A stretch of DNA of 30,427 nt from a virus (lineage: Duplodnaviria > Caudoviricetes): positions 1-30,427 of the IMG/VR virus record IMGVR_UViG_3300050158_000034. One strand, given 5' to 3'. Below, one piece after another: positions 8,187 to 15,752 of the stretch (its first letter is position 1; each line of letters opens with the position of its first letter). The position numbers and the translations under genes are program-made. The notes beneath the pieces are model-generated. The model was given only the letters and a program-made list of their open reading frames with translations, was not told the DNA's origin and did no database searches.

Positions 8187-8498
8187 TCAGTGACCGCCAG
8201 TGATGGACTTGATGGCCGCCTGCACCAGCAGGGCGGCGCCAGAGCCTGCGAGCGCGCCGATGCTGCTGGCCTTGATGGCGGTGCCGCGTTCGTTGTCTTC
8301 AAGGCGCGAGATGCGGTTGCCGTGGTCGTCCATGCGCTGGCCGATGGCCTTGGTCATGTCGTCGATGCGGCGGTTGGTGGCCTCGGCGTTGTGCTGCATC
8401 ATTTGCTGGATGGCACTGAGCTGGGCCCGGACCTCGCCGAGCAGCAAGAGCGCGGCCTGGTCGTTTGGTGAAGCTGCTGGAGGGTGGTCTGCGGGCAT
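8187..8498 (-). CDS. Coiled-coil protein with C-terminal hydrophobic anchor
   Basis: Heptad-like core (RISRLE) and C-terminal TM-like segment. Typical position upstream of TerS. Start moved to the ATG at 8498. Confidence 0.75.
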   Translation of the reverse strand: MPADHPPAASPNDQAALLLLGEVRAQLSAIQQMMQHNAEATNRRIDDMTKAIGQRMDDHGNRISRLEDNERGTAIKASSIGALAGSGAALLVQAAIKSITGGH

Positions 8499-8716
8499 GA
8501 GGTGTATCCCTTGTTGAAGTGGTCGATGGCTTGCTGGCAACTCACGCAGCGGATGGCGCTGGGCATGGCTTGACGGCGTGCGGCGGGGATGGATTCGCCG
8601 CAGTCTTCGCAGTCAGGCTGGCCGTGGCCTTGCAGCGTTCGCTGGATGCTTGCCAAGGCATCGCTGGACAGGTGCTCTGAGATGGCACTCGCTTGCTCCA
8701 GGTACTTCTCATCCAC
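8399..8716 (-). CDS. TraR/DksA C4-type zinc finger protein
   Basis: CEDCGESIPAARRQAMPSAIRCVSCQ. GGAGG RBS before the GTG start. Confidence 0.85.
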   Translation of the reverse strand: MDEKYLEQASAISEHLSSDALASIQRTLQGHGQPDCEDCGESIPAARRQAMPSAIRCVSCQQAIDHFNKGYTSCPQTTLQQLHQTTRPRSCCSARSGPSSVPSSK

Positions 8717-9275
8717 GGCGGACCTCCAGGCGCGGGGCGCCGCCGATGGCGTTGACGAGGTCGCGTGGGGTGGGGATGCTGGGCAGGTGCTCTGCAGGCC
8801 AGCCCAGGCGCCGGTAGATCAACTCGCTGAGGGCTGAGCAGATGAGGCTGCGTTTGCTGCCAACCTTGGGCAGCGGCACGCCGAGCAGTTCGTGCAGGGC
8901 CACGCGGGCCAGGTCTGCGTAGGCGTAGTCGATCTCGGTACCGAGCAGGGTGAGGATGACGTCTCGACCGAAGATGAGGGCCTTGGGGTCAACAGGGGCG
9001 CGGAAGACATCGAAGTCGTGCGGCTTGTATTGGCTCAGGGGCACGAGTGATGCGGGGCCGCCGCGCGTTTCGGCGACCAGCAGGCGGTGGCCCACCCAGA
9101 TGGCCACGCCAGTGTGGGTGTAGGGCGAGCGGGTGATGAGCTTGATCAGCCAGGCCATGAGGCCGCGTGTGCTGCGCAGGGCGATCAGGTCGCCCGTGAG
9201 GACGTGCTCACGGGCTTGCGCGTAGGGCAGGCGCTTGGGGACGCTTTGGAGCTTGGGTGTAGCGGGCGCAGTCAT
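8709..9275 (-). CDS. Permuted papain-like NlpC/P60 enzyme (YaeF/YiiX, C92-like)
   Basis: GDLI, SPYTHTGV (His before Cys), DY.Y, LICSAL and PTPRDL motifs. Confidence 0.85.
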   Translation of the reverse strand: MTAPATPKLQSVPKRLPYAQAREHVLTGDLIALRSTRGLMAWLIKLITRSPYTHTGVAIWVGHRLLVAETRGGPASLVPLSQYKPHDFDVFRAPVDPKALIFGRDVILTLLGTEIDYAYADLARVALHELLGVPLPKVGSKRSLICSALSELIYRRLGWPAEHLPSIPTPRDLVNAIGGAPRLEVRRG

Positions 9276-9549
9276 TGGGGGCGGCCTCCAGGAACGCGAG
9301 CAGGTTGCAGAGCTGGCTGGCCAGCAGGTGGTAGGCCTGGGCCACGTCCCGGTGGTTGGCCTCCAGGTCGGCCATCCGGCCCGAGGCTGGCTGGGGTAGC
9401 GGCGGCGGCGCTGTCGTGAGGTTGGGCGGCGGGGGCACCTTGATCGGCGCTATCGGCTCCACTGCCACCACCGTTGGCTGCGGCCCAGCGGCGCAGGCGC
9501 TCAGGAGGCAGAGTGCAAGTGCTGCTGTCAATAGACGAGATCGGGTCAT
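9208..9549 (-). CDS. o-spanin (Rz1-like lipoprotein), nested out of frame in the i-spanin gene
   Basis: GGAGG RBS before the ATG at 9549. MTRSRLLTAALALCLLSA-C lipobox and Pro-rich mature region. Confidence 0.85.
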   Translation of the reverse strand: MTRSRLLTAALALCLLSACAAGPQPTVVAVEPIAPIKVPPPPNLTTAPPPLPQPASGRMADLEANHRDVAQAYHLLASQLCNLLAFLEAAPNDCARYTQAPKRPQAPALRASP

Positions 9550-9904
9550 GGCGGGCCTCCGTGGCCAGGCGGGCGTAGTGGGTGTTGATGCGGGCGCGGG
9601 ATTGCTCGAAGGCCTGGCCGGTGGTGCTGGCGCGGGCGACGTCTGACGCGGCTTGTGCGGCCGTGCTGGCGGCTTGGGCTGCAATGGCCTTGGCTGCGGT
9701 GCCGTTGGTGGCTTGCTGGCACTCAGTGCGGCCAATGGCCTTGTAGTGCTCGGGGATGCGGCTGATGCCGTGCCAGGTGGCCCAGAGGCCCGCTGCTATG
9801 GCCAGGGCCAGGGCGATGTGCACGGGGGTACCGAGCCAGGCTGCGACGGCTTTGGCAGCGAGGTTGGCGCCGAAGGTGCGGGGCTCAAGGCCTTTGATGA
9901 TCAT
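9272..9904 (-). CDS. i-spanin (Rz-like)
   Basis: N-terminal TM, Ala-rich coiled coil, C.LP.E.LR.W..AN motif; follows the endolysin. Confidence 0.85.
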   Translation of the reverse strand: MIIKGLEPRTFGANLAAKAVAAWLGTPVHIALALAIAAGLWATWHGISRIPEHYKAIGRTECQQATNGTAAKAIAAQAASTAAQAASDVARASTTGQAFEQSRARINTHYARLATEARHDPISSIDSSTCTLPPERLRRWAAANGGGSGADSADQGAPAAQPHDSAAAATPASLGPDGRPGGQPPGRGPGLPPAGQPALQPARVPGGRPQ

Positions 9905-10614
9905 GGGCAGATCCCCTGCCCCCAGGCCGCATAGATGGGCTGGTGGTGCTTGAGGATGACGCGCGGGTAGTCAGCGTTTTCACGCTGAGACGCGGGCGTG
10001 ATGCCGGGATTGATGTTGCACGTGAGCTCAAAGCAGGTGCCGGGCTGGGGGCTGCGGGCCTGGCGCTTGTAGACCCAACCGAGGCCGCCGTTGTAGGCGC
10101 TCAGGGCGTAGGCAAAGCGCTGGCAATCGTCGTCAGCGGTTTTGATGTTGACGAAGAGATTGGCGTCATACGTGACGAGTGCGCGGATGGCCCAGGTTGG
10201 GTTGGTGGGCGCGCGGTCTTTGAGGCTGGGGTAGAGGCCGCTGATCCATGTAGCGGTGGCGGGCATGAACTGGCCTAGCCCTTGCGCGCCGACTGCTGAG
10301 CGCGCCTCGGGGTTCCAGCGGCTCTCTTGGTGGATCTGGCCGGCGAAGCTGGCGATGGGGGCGCTCAGGCCCCAGACGAGCTGGGCCTCGCGGGTGAGGG
10401 TGAGCCGGTAGCGGTTTGCATCTGCAGGGATGGGCTGTGCGTAGGCAATGGCGTAGAGCATGCAAGCGCAGAAGGCGCTGAATGCAGCCAGGAAGCCGAT
10501 GGCCAGGTTGCGCATGCGCGATTGCTTGCGGCTTTCGTAGGCCTTCCAGGCAATGGCCTGGCGCATACGGACCCACCAGGCCCACCGGCGCTCAAAGCGT
10601 TGGGTGCCGCTCAT
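9901..10614 (-). CDS. Endolysin, SLT lytic transglycosylase with N-terminal signal/anchor
   Basis: HQESRW, GAQGLGQFMPATA, SAYNGG and EN..YP motifs. Confidence 0.92.
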   Translation of the reverse strand: MSGTQRFERRWAWWVRMRQAIAWKAYESRKQSRMRNLAIGFLAAFSAFCACMLYAIAYAQPIPADANRYRLTLTREAQLVWGLSAPIASFAGQIHQESRWNPEARSAVGAQGLGQFMPATATWISGLYPSLKDRAPTNPTWAIRALVTYDANLFVNIKTADDDCQRFAYALSAYNGGLGWVYKRQARSPQPGTCFELTCNINPGITPASQRENADYPRVILKHHQPIYAAWGQGICP

Positions 10615-10616
10615 GA

Positions 10617-10988
10617 TCAGGCACCCAGGCCGACGCAGATCAGGCAGGCGGCGACGATGATGGCGCGCCGGAACATGGCTTGCTCTGCGGAGTCGAGCGT
10701 GCCGCAGATTTGGCCTTCGACGTTGTCATGGCCCGCGCTGACGTTGGGGGAGCCGTGGTCAAAGGCGTCTTCGATTTGTTCGAAGAATTCGTGCGGGCGG
10801 CTGTAGGGGAAGAGGAAGCGGTCGAGCCAGTAGCCGGCCCAGCCAGCCAGGCTGCACAGGTGCAGCTTGTAGAGGCTGACGGCGAGGTGGCTGGTGGGCA
10901 GCTGGTCAGCGGCAATCGTCGTGAGGATGAACAGGATGACGCTGGCAATGAGCGCCTCGGCCAGTCGAGGCAAACGCAGTTTGGACAT
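10617..10988 (-). CDS. Putative holin (2/3-TM family)
   Basis: YKL..SLAGWAGYWLDR.LFPY.RP and RRAIIVAA motifs. GGAGG RBS; first gene of the lysis cassette. Confidence 0.85.
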   Translation of the reverse strand: MSKLRLPRLAEALIASVILFILTTIAADQLPTSHLAVSLYKLHLCSLAGWAGYWLDRFLFPYSRPHEFFEQIEDAFDHGSPNVSAGHDNVEGQICGTLDSAEQAMFRRAIIVAACLICVGLGA

Positions 10989-10999
10989 GGGGCCTCCAG

Positions 11000-11030
11000 A
11001 AACGAATAAGGGCTACCAATCGGTAGCCCT
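11000..11030 (-). terminator. Intrinsic terminator ending the repressor operon
   Basis: Perfect 9-bp stem AGGGCTACC/GGTAGCCCT (11009-11030), followed on the minus strand by TATTCGTTT. Confidence 0.65.
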
Positions 11031-11031
11031 C

Positions 11032-11075
11032 AGTGTCTGGATTCGGCCCGGTCAGGGCTTGGTGAAATGCTTCAC
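11032..11075 (-). promoter_or_regulatory. Late promoter (leftward) with Mor/C-type dyad
   Basis: Minus strand reads GTGAAGCATTTCACCAAG-N20-GACACT; the same architecture occurs at 21020-21063. Confidence 0.7.
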
Positions 11076-11085
11076 ATTGTGGGGT

Positions 11086-11259
11086 CTAGCGGGAGGGCTT
11101 GGTTTGCTTTTCAGCCATGGCCGATGCAATAGCCCACATGGCAACCAGGCCGATGAAGATGAGCGTGTACCAACCAAAGAACAGGAAGAGGATGCCGAAG
11201 CTGATCACGACCAGGAGCATGGCCGTGAAGATCTTGAGGGTGTGGAGGAAGTGAGCCAT
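11086..11259 (-). CDS. Small two-TM membrane protein (57 aa) in the repressor operon
   Basis: AGGAG RBS before the ATG at 11259; almost entirely hydrophobic. Confidence 0.7.
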   Translation of the reverse strand: MAHFLHTLKIFTAMLLVVISFGILFLFFGWYTLIFIGLVAMWAIASAMAEKQTKPSR

Positions 11260-11275
11260 TGGGTTGCTCCTGCGC

Positions 11276-11845
11276 CTAGTAGCGAGTCCAGGCCATGATT
11301 TTGTCATTGACGACGTCGAGCCGAGTTGACCGACTGAGGTAGGTGGCGATATTGCCTTGCGCTGTGTGGGTTGTGCCCGCATAGGTGAACCTGCCAACGC
11401 ATTGCTGAGCACGCTGTATTGACATGCCAATTTGAGGCTTGAGGTAGTCGGTGCCGCATGCTGCTTTGCGTGCCTTGGCTTGGGCTTGAACGCCACGTTC
11501 GTAGTCGGCGTCTTCCTTCTCGATGGCTGCCATGGTTGCGTCGTACTCCTTTTTGCGAGCGGCATCTAACTGCGCAGAACGCTGTGCAGCTTCCTCACTT
11601 GCCTGCCGCCGAGCTTCCCGCTCTTGGGCCTGCCGCTGCGCATCGGCTTCGATGATTTGTCGCAAAGCCGTCTGTTCCTGGTCGTGCTTGGCCTTCTTGT
11701 CAGCCTCCAGCTTTTGATACAAAGCGCACTCGTCGGGCTCCATCTTTATGCCTGTTGAAAATCGGCAATTGACCAGATCTGGCTCGTCGGCAAAGGCTGC
11801 TGCGTAGAACACGATCAGGATCGTTGCAAGGGCTGTTTTGAGCAT
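11276..11845 (-). CDS. Exported protein with coiled coil and small C-terminal alpha/beta domain
   Basis: Signal peptide ending AFA-D, charged coiled coil, IGMS.....C.G motif (SmpA/BLIP-like, tentative). Starts 3 nt after the repressor stop. Confidence 0.75.
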   Translation of the reverse strand: MLKTALATILIVFYAAAFADEPDLVNCRFSTGIKMEPDECALYQKLEADKKAKHDQEQTALRQIIEADAQRQAQEREARRQASEEAAQRSAQLDAARKKEYDATMAAIEKEDADYERGVQAQAKARKAACGTDYLKPQIGMSIQRAQQCVGRFTYAGTTHTAQGNIATYLSRSTRLDVVNDKIMAWTRY

Positions 11846-11848
11846 GGT

Positions 11849-12595
11849 TCACCACTCGTGCATGGATGCGACAACGCGGCCCACGATGGCCACGCCTGGA
11901 TTCTTGGCCAGGTCGACGTCGTAGGCCGCGAATTGTTGGTTGGCGCTGCTGACTCTGAGCACACCATCGGGCAGCAGCTGGCAGTACTTGACGAGCAGCT
12001 CGTCGCCCTGCCTGAGCACGTAGACAAAGCCGCTTTGTGGCTTGGTGTCGCTGAGGTCAATGAGCACGCGATCGCCATGCGACAAGACGCCATCCATGGA
12101 GCTGCCGCGCACCACGATCACACGCAGGTTGGCGGGCTTGAGCCTGCGCTGGTTGATCCAGTCGCGCGAGAAGCTGAGGCCGGCGACGTTGTACTCGCCC
12201 AGCTCTTCATTGACCGTGCCGTTGCCCGCGCTGGCGGTGATGGGCAGCAGGGGGATGACGATGAATGCGTCTGCCGTCGCGTCGTGAGACAGCTGGCCCT
12301 TCTTTGCTGGCTGGTCGCCCGTGAGCAGCCAGGACGGCAGGTAGCCGTGCTTGCGGTAGACGCCCGCCAGGAACTCGGGGCTGGGCGGCCTGCCCGCGCT
12401 GAGGTAGGCGCGGACTGTTGAGTATGGGATGCCGACCTCTTGCGCAAAGACGGTCGCGTGGACACCCAGCTCGGAAAGCATTTGGCGACACCTGCCGGCA
12501 ATGGCGACCAGGTCGAGGCCTGTGCTGTCTGGTTCCGGCTGATCCATGTCCGCATTCGTTGCCAAGTGGCTGTTGTTGGTGTCTGAAATCGACAC
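11849..12595 (-). CDS. CI-like repressor (XRE HTH plus S24 peptidase)
   Basis: HTH FAQEVGIPYSTVRAYL, A-G cleavage site (SAG), catalytic GSSM and VK. Start uncertain (GTG 12595 or ATG 12547). Confidence 0.9.
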   Translation of the reverse strand: MSISDTNNSHLATNADMDQPEPDSTGLDLVAIAGRCRQMLSELGVHATVFAQEVGIPYSTVRAYLSAGRPPSPEFLAGVYRKHGYLPSWLLTGDQPAKKGQLSHDATADAFIVIPLLPITASAGNGTVNEELGEYNVAGLSFSRDWINQRRLKPANLRVIVVRGSSMDGVLSHGDRVLIDLSDTKPQSGFVYVLRQGDELLVKYCQLLPDGVLRVSSANQQFAAYDVDLAKNPGVAIVGRVVASMHEW

Positions 12596-12699
12596 GATTC
12601 GGTGCGAATTGTGGCGCGGTCAACCGCACTCGGACACCCCTAAGAGTGCGATTGCTTGTATCCGGATAAGTGCTAGGTCGTTTCCGATTAACAACAGGC

Positions 12700-12746
12700 T
12701 TGCATTGCTCGAAAACGGTCGCTATGATTCATCCTGAATCGAGCAA
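12700..12746 (+). promoter_or_regulatory. Early sigma70 promoter with overlapping inverted repeats (operators)
   Basis: TTGCAT(12700)-17 bp-TATGAT(12723). TTGCTCGA(12705-12712)/TCGAGCAA(12739-12746) and GATTCA/TGAATC dyads. Confidence 0.7.
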
Positions 12747-12770
12747 CCTTTGAGCGGAGATTGACCGGAT

Positions 12771-13007
12771 ATGAGCACCAAGCAAACCGCCCGCGTCGGC
12801 GATGACGCGAAACGGACAAACACGAAAAAAATTGTGTTGTCCGGTGACGAAGTCAAAACGCGGCTGAAGGAGCGCGGTTTGACCCTGAAGGAATGGGCGG
12901 CCCAGCACGGCTACCCCTACCACACCGTGAGCGCCGTGGTGCGTGGGGTGAATCGCGGCACGTTCGGCATGGGGCACCGCATTGCGACGGCCCTGGGCCT
13001 TAAATAA
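12771..13007 (+). CDS. Ner/Cro-like DNA-binding protein (BcepMu gp16-like)
   Basis: G.TL.EWA..HGY....V..V.RG...G.FG..H.IA..LGLK; divergent from the repressor. Confidence 0.88.
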   Translation: MSTKQTARVGDDAKRTNTKKIVLSGDEVKTRLKERGLTLKEWAAQHGYPYHTVSAVVRGVNRGTFGMGHRIATALGLK

Positions 13008-13019
13008 ACAGGAGACGAC

Positions 13020-14015
13020 ATGGCCAAGAAAGCACAAACAGAGGTTGTAGCGGCAAATCCCCGCACGTCGGGGATTTGGGAATTGACCGATTTGGACCGC
13101 GAGGCCGCTGCCCAGTTGGGCATTGATTTGGGTGCGTCGACCGAGTTCAGCATGGCCCGCGCGGCGGCTGCGGCCAACGAGGCTGCGCTGCGTGCAGTGG
13201 AGGCGGGTTACCTGCTGCTGCGTGTCAAGTCAGAGGCGGACCACGGCGCTTTCAGCGAGGCGCTTGACAGCATTGGCATGAGTTCGCAGCGGGCTTCGGA
13301 GTTCATGCGGATGGCGCGCTTCACATCTCTGCTGCCCGAAGAGAAGCGCACCGCGATCGTGGCGGTGGGCCGCAGCAAGGTGCTGGCGCTGGCCAGCGCC
13401 GACCCCCAGGTGATCGACATGATCGTTGAGGAGGGGGTGGAGACGATTGACGCGCTGACCGTGAAGGAGATGCGCCAAAAGATCCGCGACATGGAGGCCG
13501 ACCTGGCCGACACCGCTGTGCAGCGCGACACGGCTGAGGCCCAGGTGGAGGCCCTGCAGAAGAAGCTGGCCAAGCCCGGTGCTGACCGGGAGGACAAGAT
13601 CCCCCTGGTGGTGGCTGACCTGCGGGCCGAGATTGTGGCGCTCGCTAAGAAGGGTGGCCTGACGGTTGACAGCTTCAACAGCCTGGGGCTTGACCTGATG
13701 GCGCTGATTGGCACCGAAGAAGCCCACGAGTGGGCTGATGCCACGCTGCGCCTGGGGGTGGCCGCCCTGTGCAACCTGCGGCTGCAGCTTGATGGCGTGA
13801 TCAAGAAGTTTTTGGATCAGCTGCCGGGCGAAGACCCTACGCCGGCCGAGCGCAGCTACCTGGCCAAGGGCGAGGTGCTGGAGGCCGCCAAGACCTACCA
13901 GACCTTGATTGCCGAGCACTCGTACGAGAAGGCCCTGCGTGAGTGGGAGGCCGAGCAAGCGCGCCCCCGCGAGAAGGGCCGCCCCAAGGCCAAGCCTGAA
14001 GCCCCCAAGAAGTAA
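13020..14015 (+). CDS. DUF3102-like protein with coiled coil
   Basis: EAGYLLL..K....HGAF...L...G.....A..FM..A motif. AGGAG RBS; lies between ner and the transposase. Confidence 0.75.
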   Translation: MAKKAQTEVVAANPRTSGIWELTDLDREAAAQLGIDLGASTEFSMARAAAAANEAALRAVEAGYLLLRVKSEADHGAFSEALDSIGMSSQRASEFMRMARFTSLLPEEKRTAIVAVGRSKVLALASADPQVIDMIVEEGVETIDALTVKEMRQKIRDMEADLADTAVQRDTAEAQVEALQKKLAKPGADREDKIPLVVADLRAEIVALAKKGGLTVDSFNSLGLDLMALIGTEEAHEWADATLRLGVAALCNLRLQLDGVIKKFLDQLPGEDPTPAERSYLAKGEVLEAAKTYQTLIAEHSYEKALREWEAEQARPREKGRPKAKPEAPKK

Positions 14016-14051
14016 GCCCCGCAACCTCGACCGAATTGATCAGGTGCATTC

Positions 14052-15752
14052 ATGGCCACTGCTTTAAAACTTGTCAGAGACATACGCGACATGAGCGACT
14101 TGCCCGCTGTGTTGACTGCTGACCCGTGGGCGGCTGCAACAGAGTCAAACCGGCGCGTGGCCGAGATGCGCGCGGCCATTGTGTCGGGCCTGGCCACGCT
14201 GGTGAGCAACGGCGCCAGCGTGAACAACACGGCCAAGCTGTTTGTTGCGCGCTGTGATGCGGGCCTGCTAGACCCTAACACCGCCCACGTGATGGGTGTG
14301 CTGGGCGCTGATGCAGCGAGCGAGGCCACGATAAAACGTTGGCTGAGCGCCTTCATCAAAGAAGGTAAGGCCGGGCTGTTGCCCCGGTATACGGGCCGCG
14401 TGCGTGGCACGTATGGCTGGGAGGCTAGATCGGTTGAGCTGTACAACCAGCCCAGCAAGCCAGGGTTTGCGGATGTGGCCTGGCGCCTGCGCGGTGAAGG
14501 CTTTGAAGGGGCCACTGAAAGCCGCGTGAAACGGTATTTGAAGGCCCTGCCTGCCACCCTTGGCGACAAGAGCCCTGCGCGCATTGGCAAGCACCTGCAC
14601 CAGCTGACGAGGCAGAAGTATCAAAGGCGCAGCACGGATGAGCTGCTGGTGGGCGAGATTTATGGGGGCGACGGCCACATGGCTGACTGCTACACCGGGC
14701 ACCCCAATACGGGCAAGCCGTTCCGGCCTGAGCTGACGGCGTTCATTGATATCAAGAGCCGGTATGTGCCGGGGTGGTATTTCACTGAGAGCGAATCAGC
14801 CATTTCGACGCTGTTTGCTTTGAGTACGGCGATGGTGCAGCACAACCATGTGCCGGCCTGGTTGTATATCGACCGGGGTGCTGGCTACCGGGCCAAGATG
14901 CTGAGCGACGAGGCCACGGGCTGGTATGCCAAGTTCGACATTGCAGTGATCGGTGCTCTGCCTGGTAACCCGCACGGCAAAGGCTGGATTGAGCGCTGGT
15001 TCAGGACCGTGCGCGACAAGCATGACAAGTTTTTTGCGGGCGGCCAGGTGTATTGCGGCGATGACATGGCGCCCGAGATTAACCGGCGCTTGAGCGCCGA
15101 TCTGATCAGCGGCAAGCGCACGCTGCCGAGCTACTACGACTACGTGGCGAGCTTTGCCAAATTCGTGGATGAGTACAACAACACGCCCATGGATGTGCTG
15201 GGTGGCCGCACGCCTGCGCAGGTGTGGGCTGAGCTGACGCCTGTGCAGGTGGGCCTGGCCAGCGAGGCGGTGCTGCGCCCCTCGCAGCAGTGCACGGTGG
15301 GGCGCCAGACGGTGCGGCTGCACAACCGCTTTTACTTCCACGAAGCGCTGGCGCTTTACGACGGCCAAAAGGTGGTTGTGGAGTACGACTTGCACAAGGA
15401 CGGCCGCGTGTGGGTGCACGACAAGAAGGGCCGCCTGGTGTGCGAGGCCAAGCTGGTCAACACCATTGGCGTGCTGCCCACCAGCCGCCTGGAAGAGCAG
15501 CGCACGAAGCGCCTGGACGGGCAGCTCAAGCGGCTGGAGCGCCATGGCGACGAGGCACGGCTGCGCCGCATGGATGCAGTGACGGCAGACGACCAGGGCG
15601 CGGCCATTGAGGCCCTGGCGCAAGAAGCCCTGCCCGCACCAGGTAGCGCCCCTGCAGGTGCGCCTGAGCCTGACACCACGAAGCCCACGGCCACTGGCAA
15701 GCCCAGCGGTGACGTGATCGACATCGACATCTTGACTTGGAGACCAGACTGA
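14052..15752 (+). CDS. DDE transposase (MuA-like)
   Basis: Catalytic D (GGDGH), D (YIDRG) and E (KGWIERWF); C-terminal Mu-transposase beta domain. Confidence 0.93.
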   Translation: MATALKLVRDIRDMSDLPAVLTADPWAAATESNRRVAEMRAAIVSGLATLVSNGASVNNTAKLFVARCDAGLLDPNTAHVMGVLGADAASEATIKRWLSAFIKEGKAGLLPRYTGRVRGTYGWEARSVELYNQPSKPGFADVAWRLRGEGFEGATESRVKRYLKALPATLGDKSPARIGKHLHQLTRQKYQRRSTDELLVGEIYGGDGHMADCYTGHPNTGKPFRPELTAFIDIKSRYVPGWYFTESESAISTLFALSTAMVQHNHVPAWLYIDRGAGYRAKMLSDEATGWYAKFDIAVIGALPGNPHGKGWIERWFRTVRDKHDKFFAGGQVYCGDDMAPEINRRLSADLISGKRTLPSYYDYVASFAKFVDEYNNTPMDVLGGRTPAQVWAELTPVQVGLASEAVLRPSQQCTVGRQTVRLHNRFYFHEALALYDGQKVVVEYDLHKDGRVWVHDKKGRLVCEAKLVNTIGVLPTSRLEEQRTKRLDGQLKRLERHGDEARLRRMDAVTADDQGAAIEALAQEALPAPGSAPAGAPEPDTTKPTATGKPSGDVIDIDILTWRPD

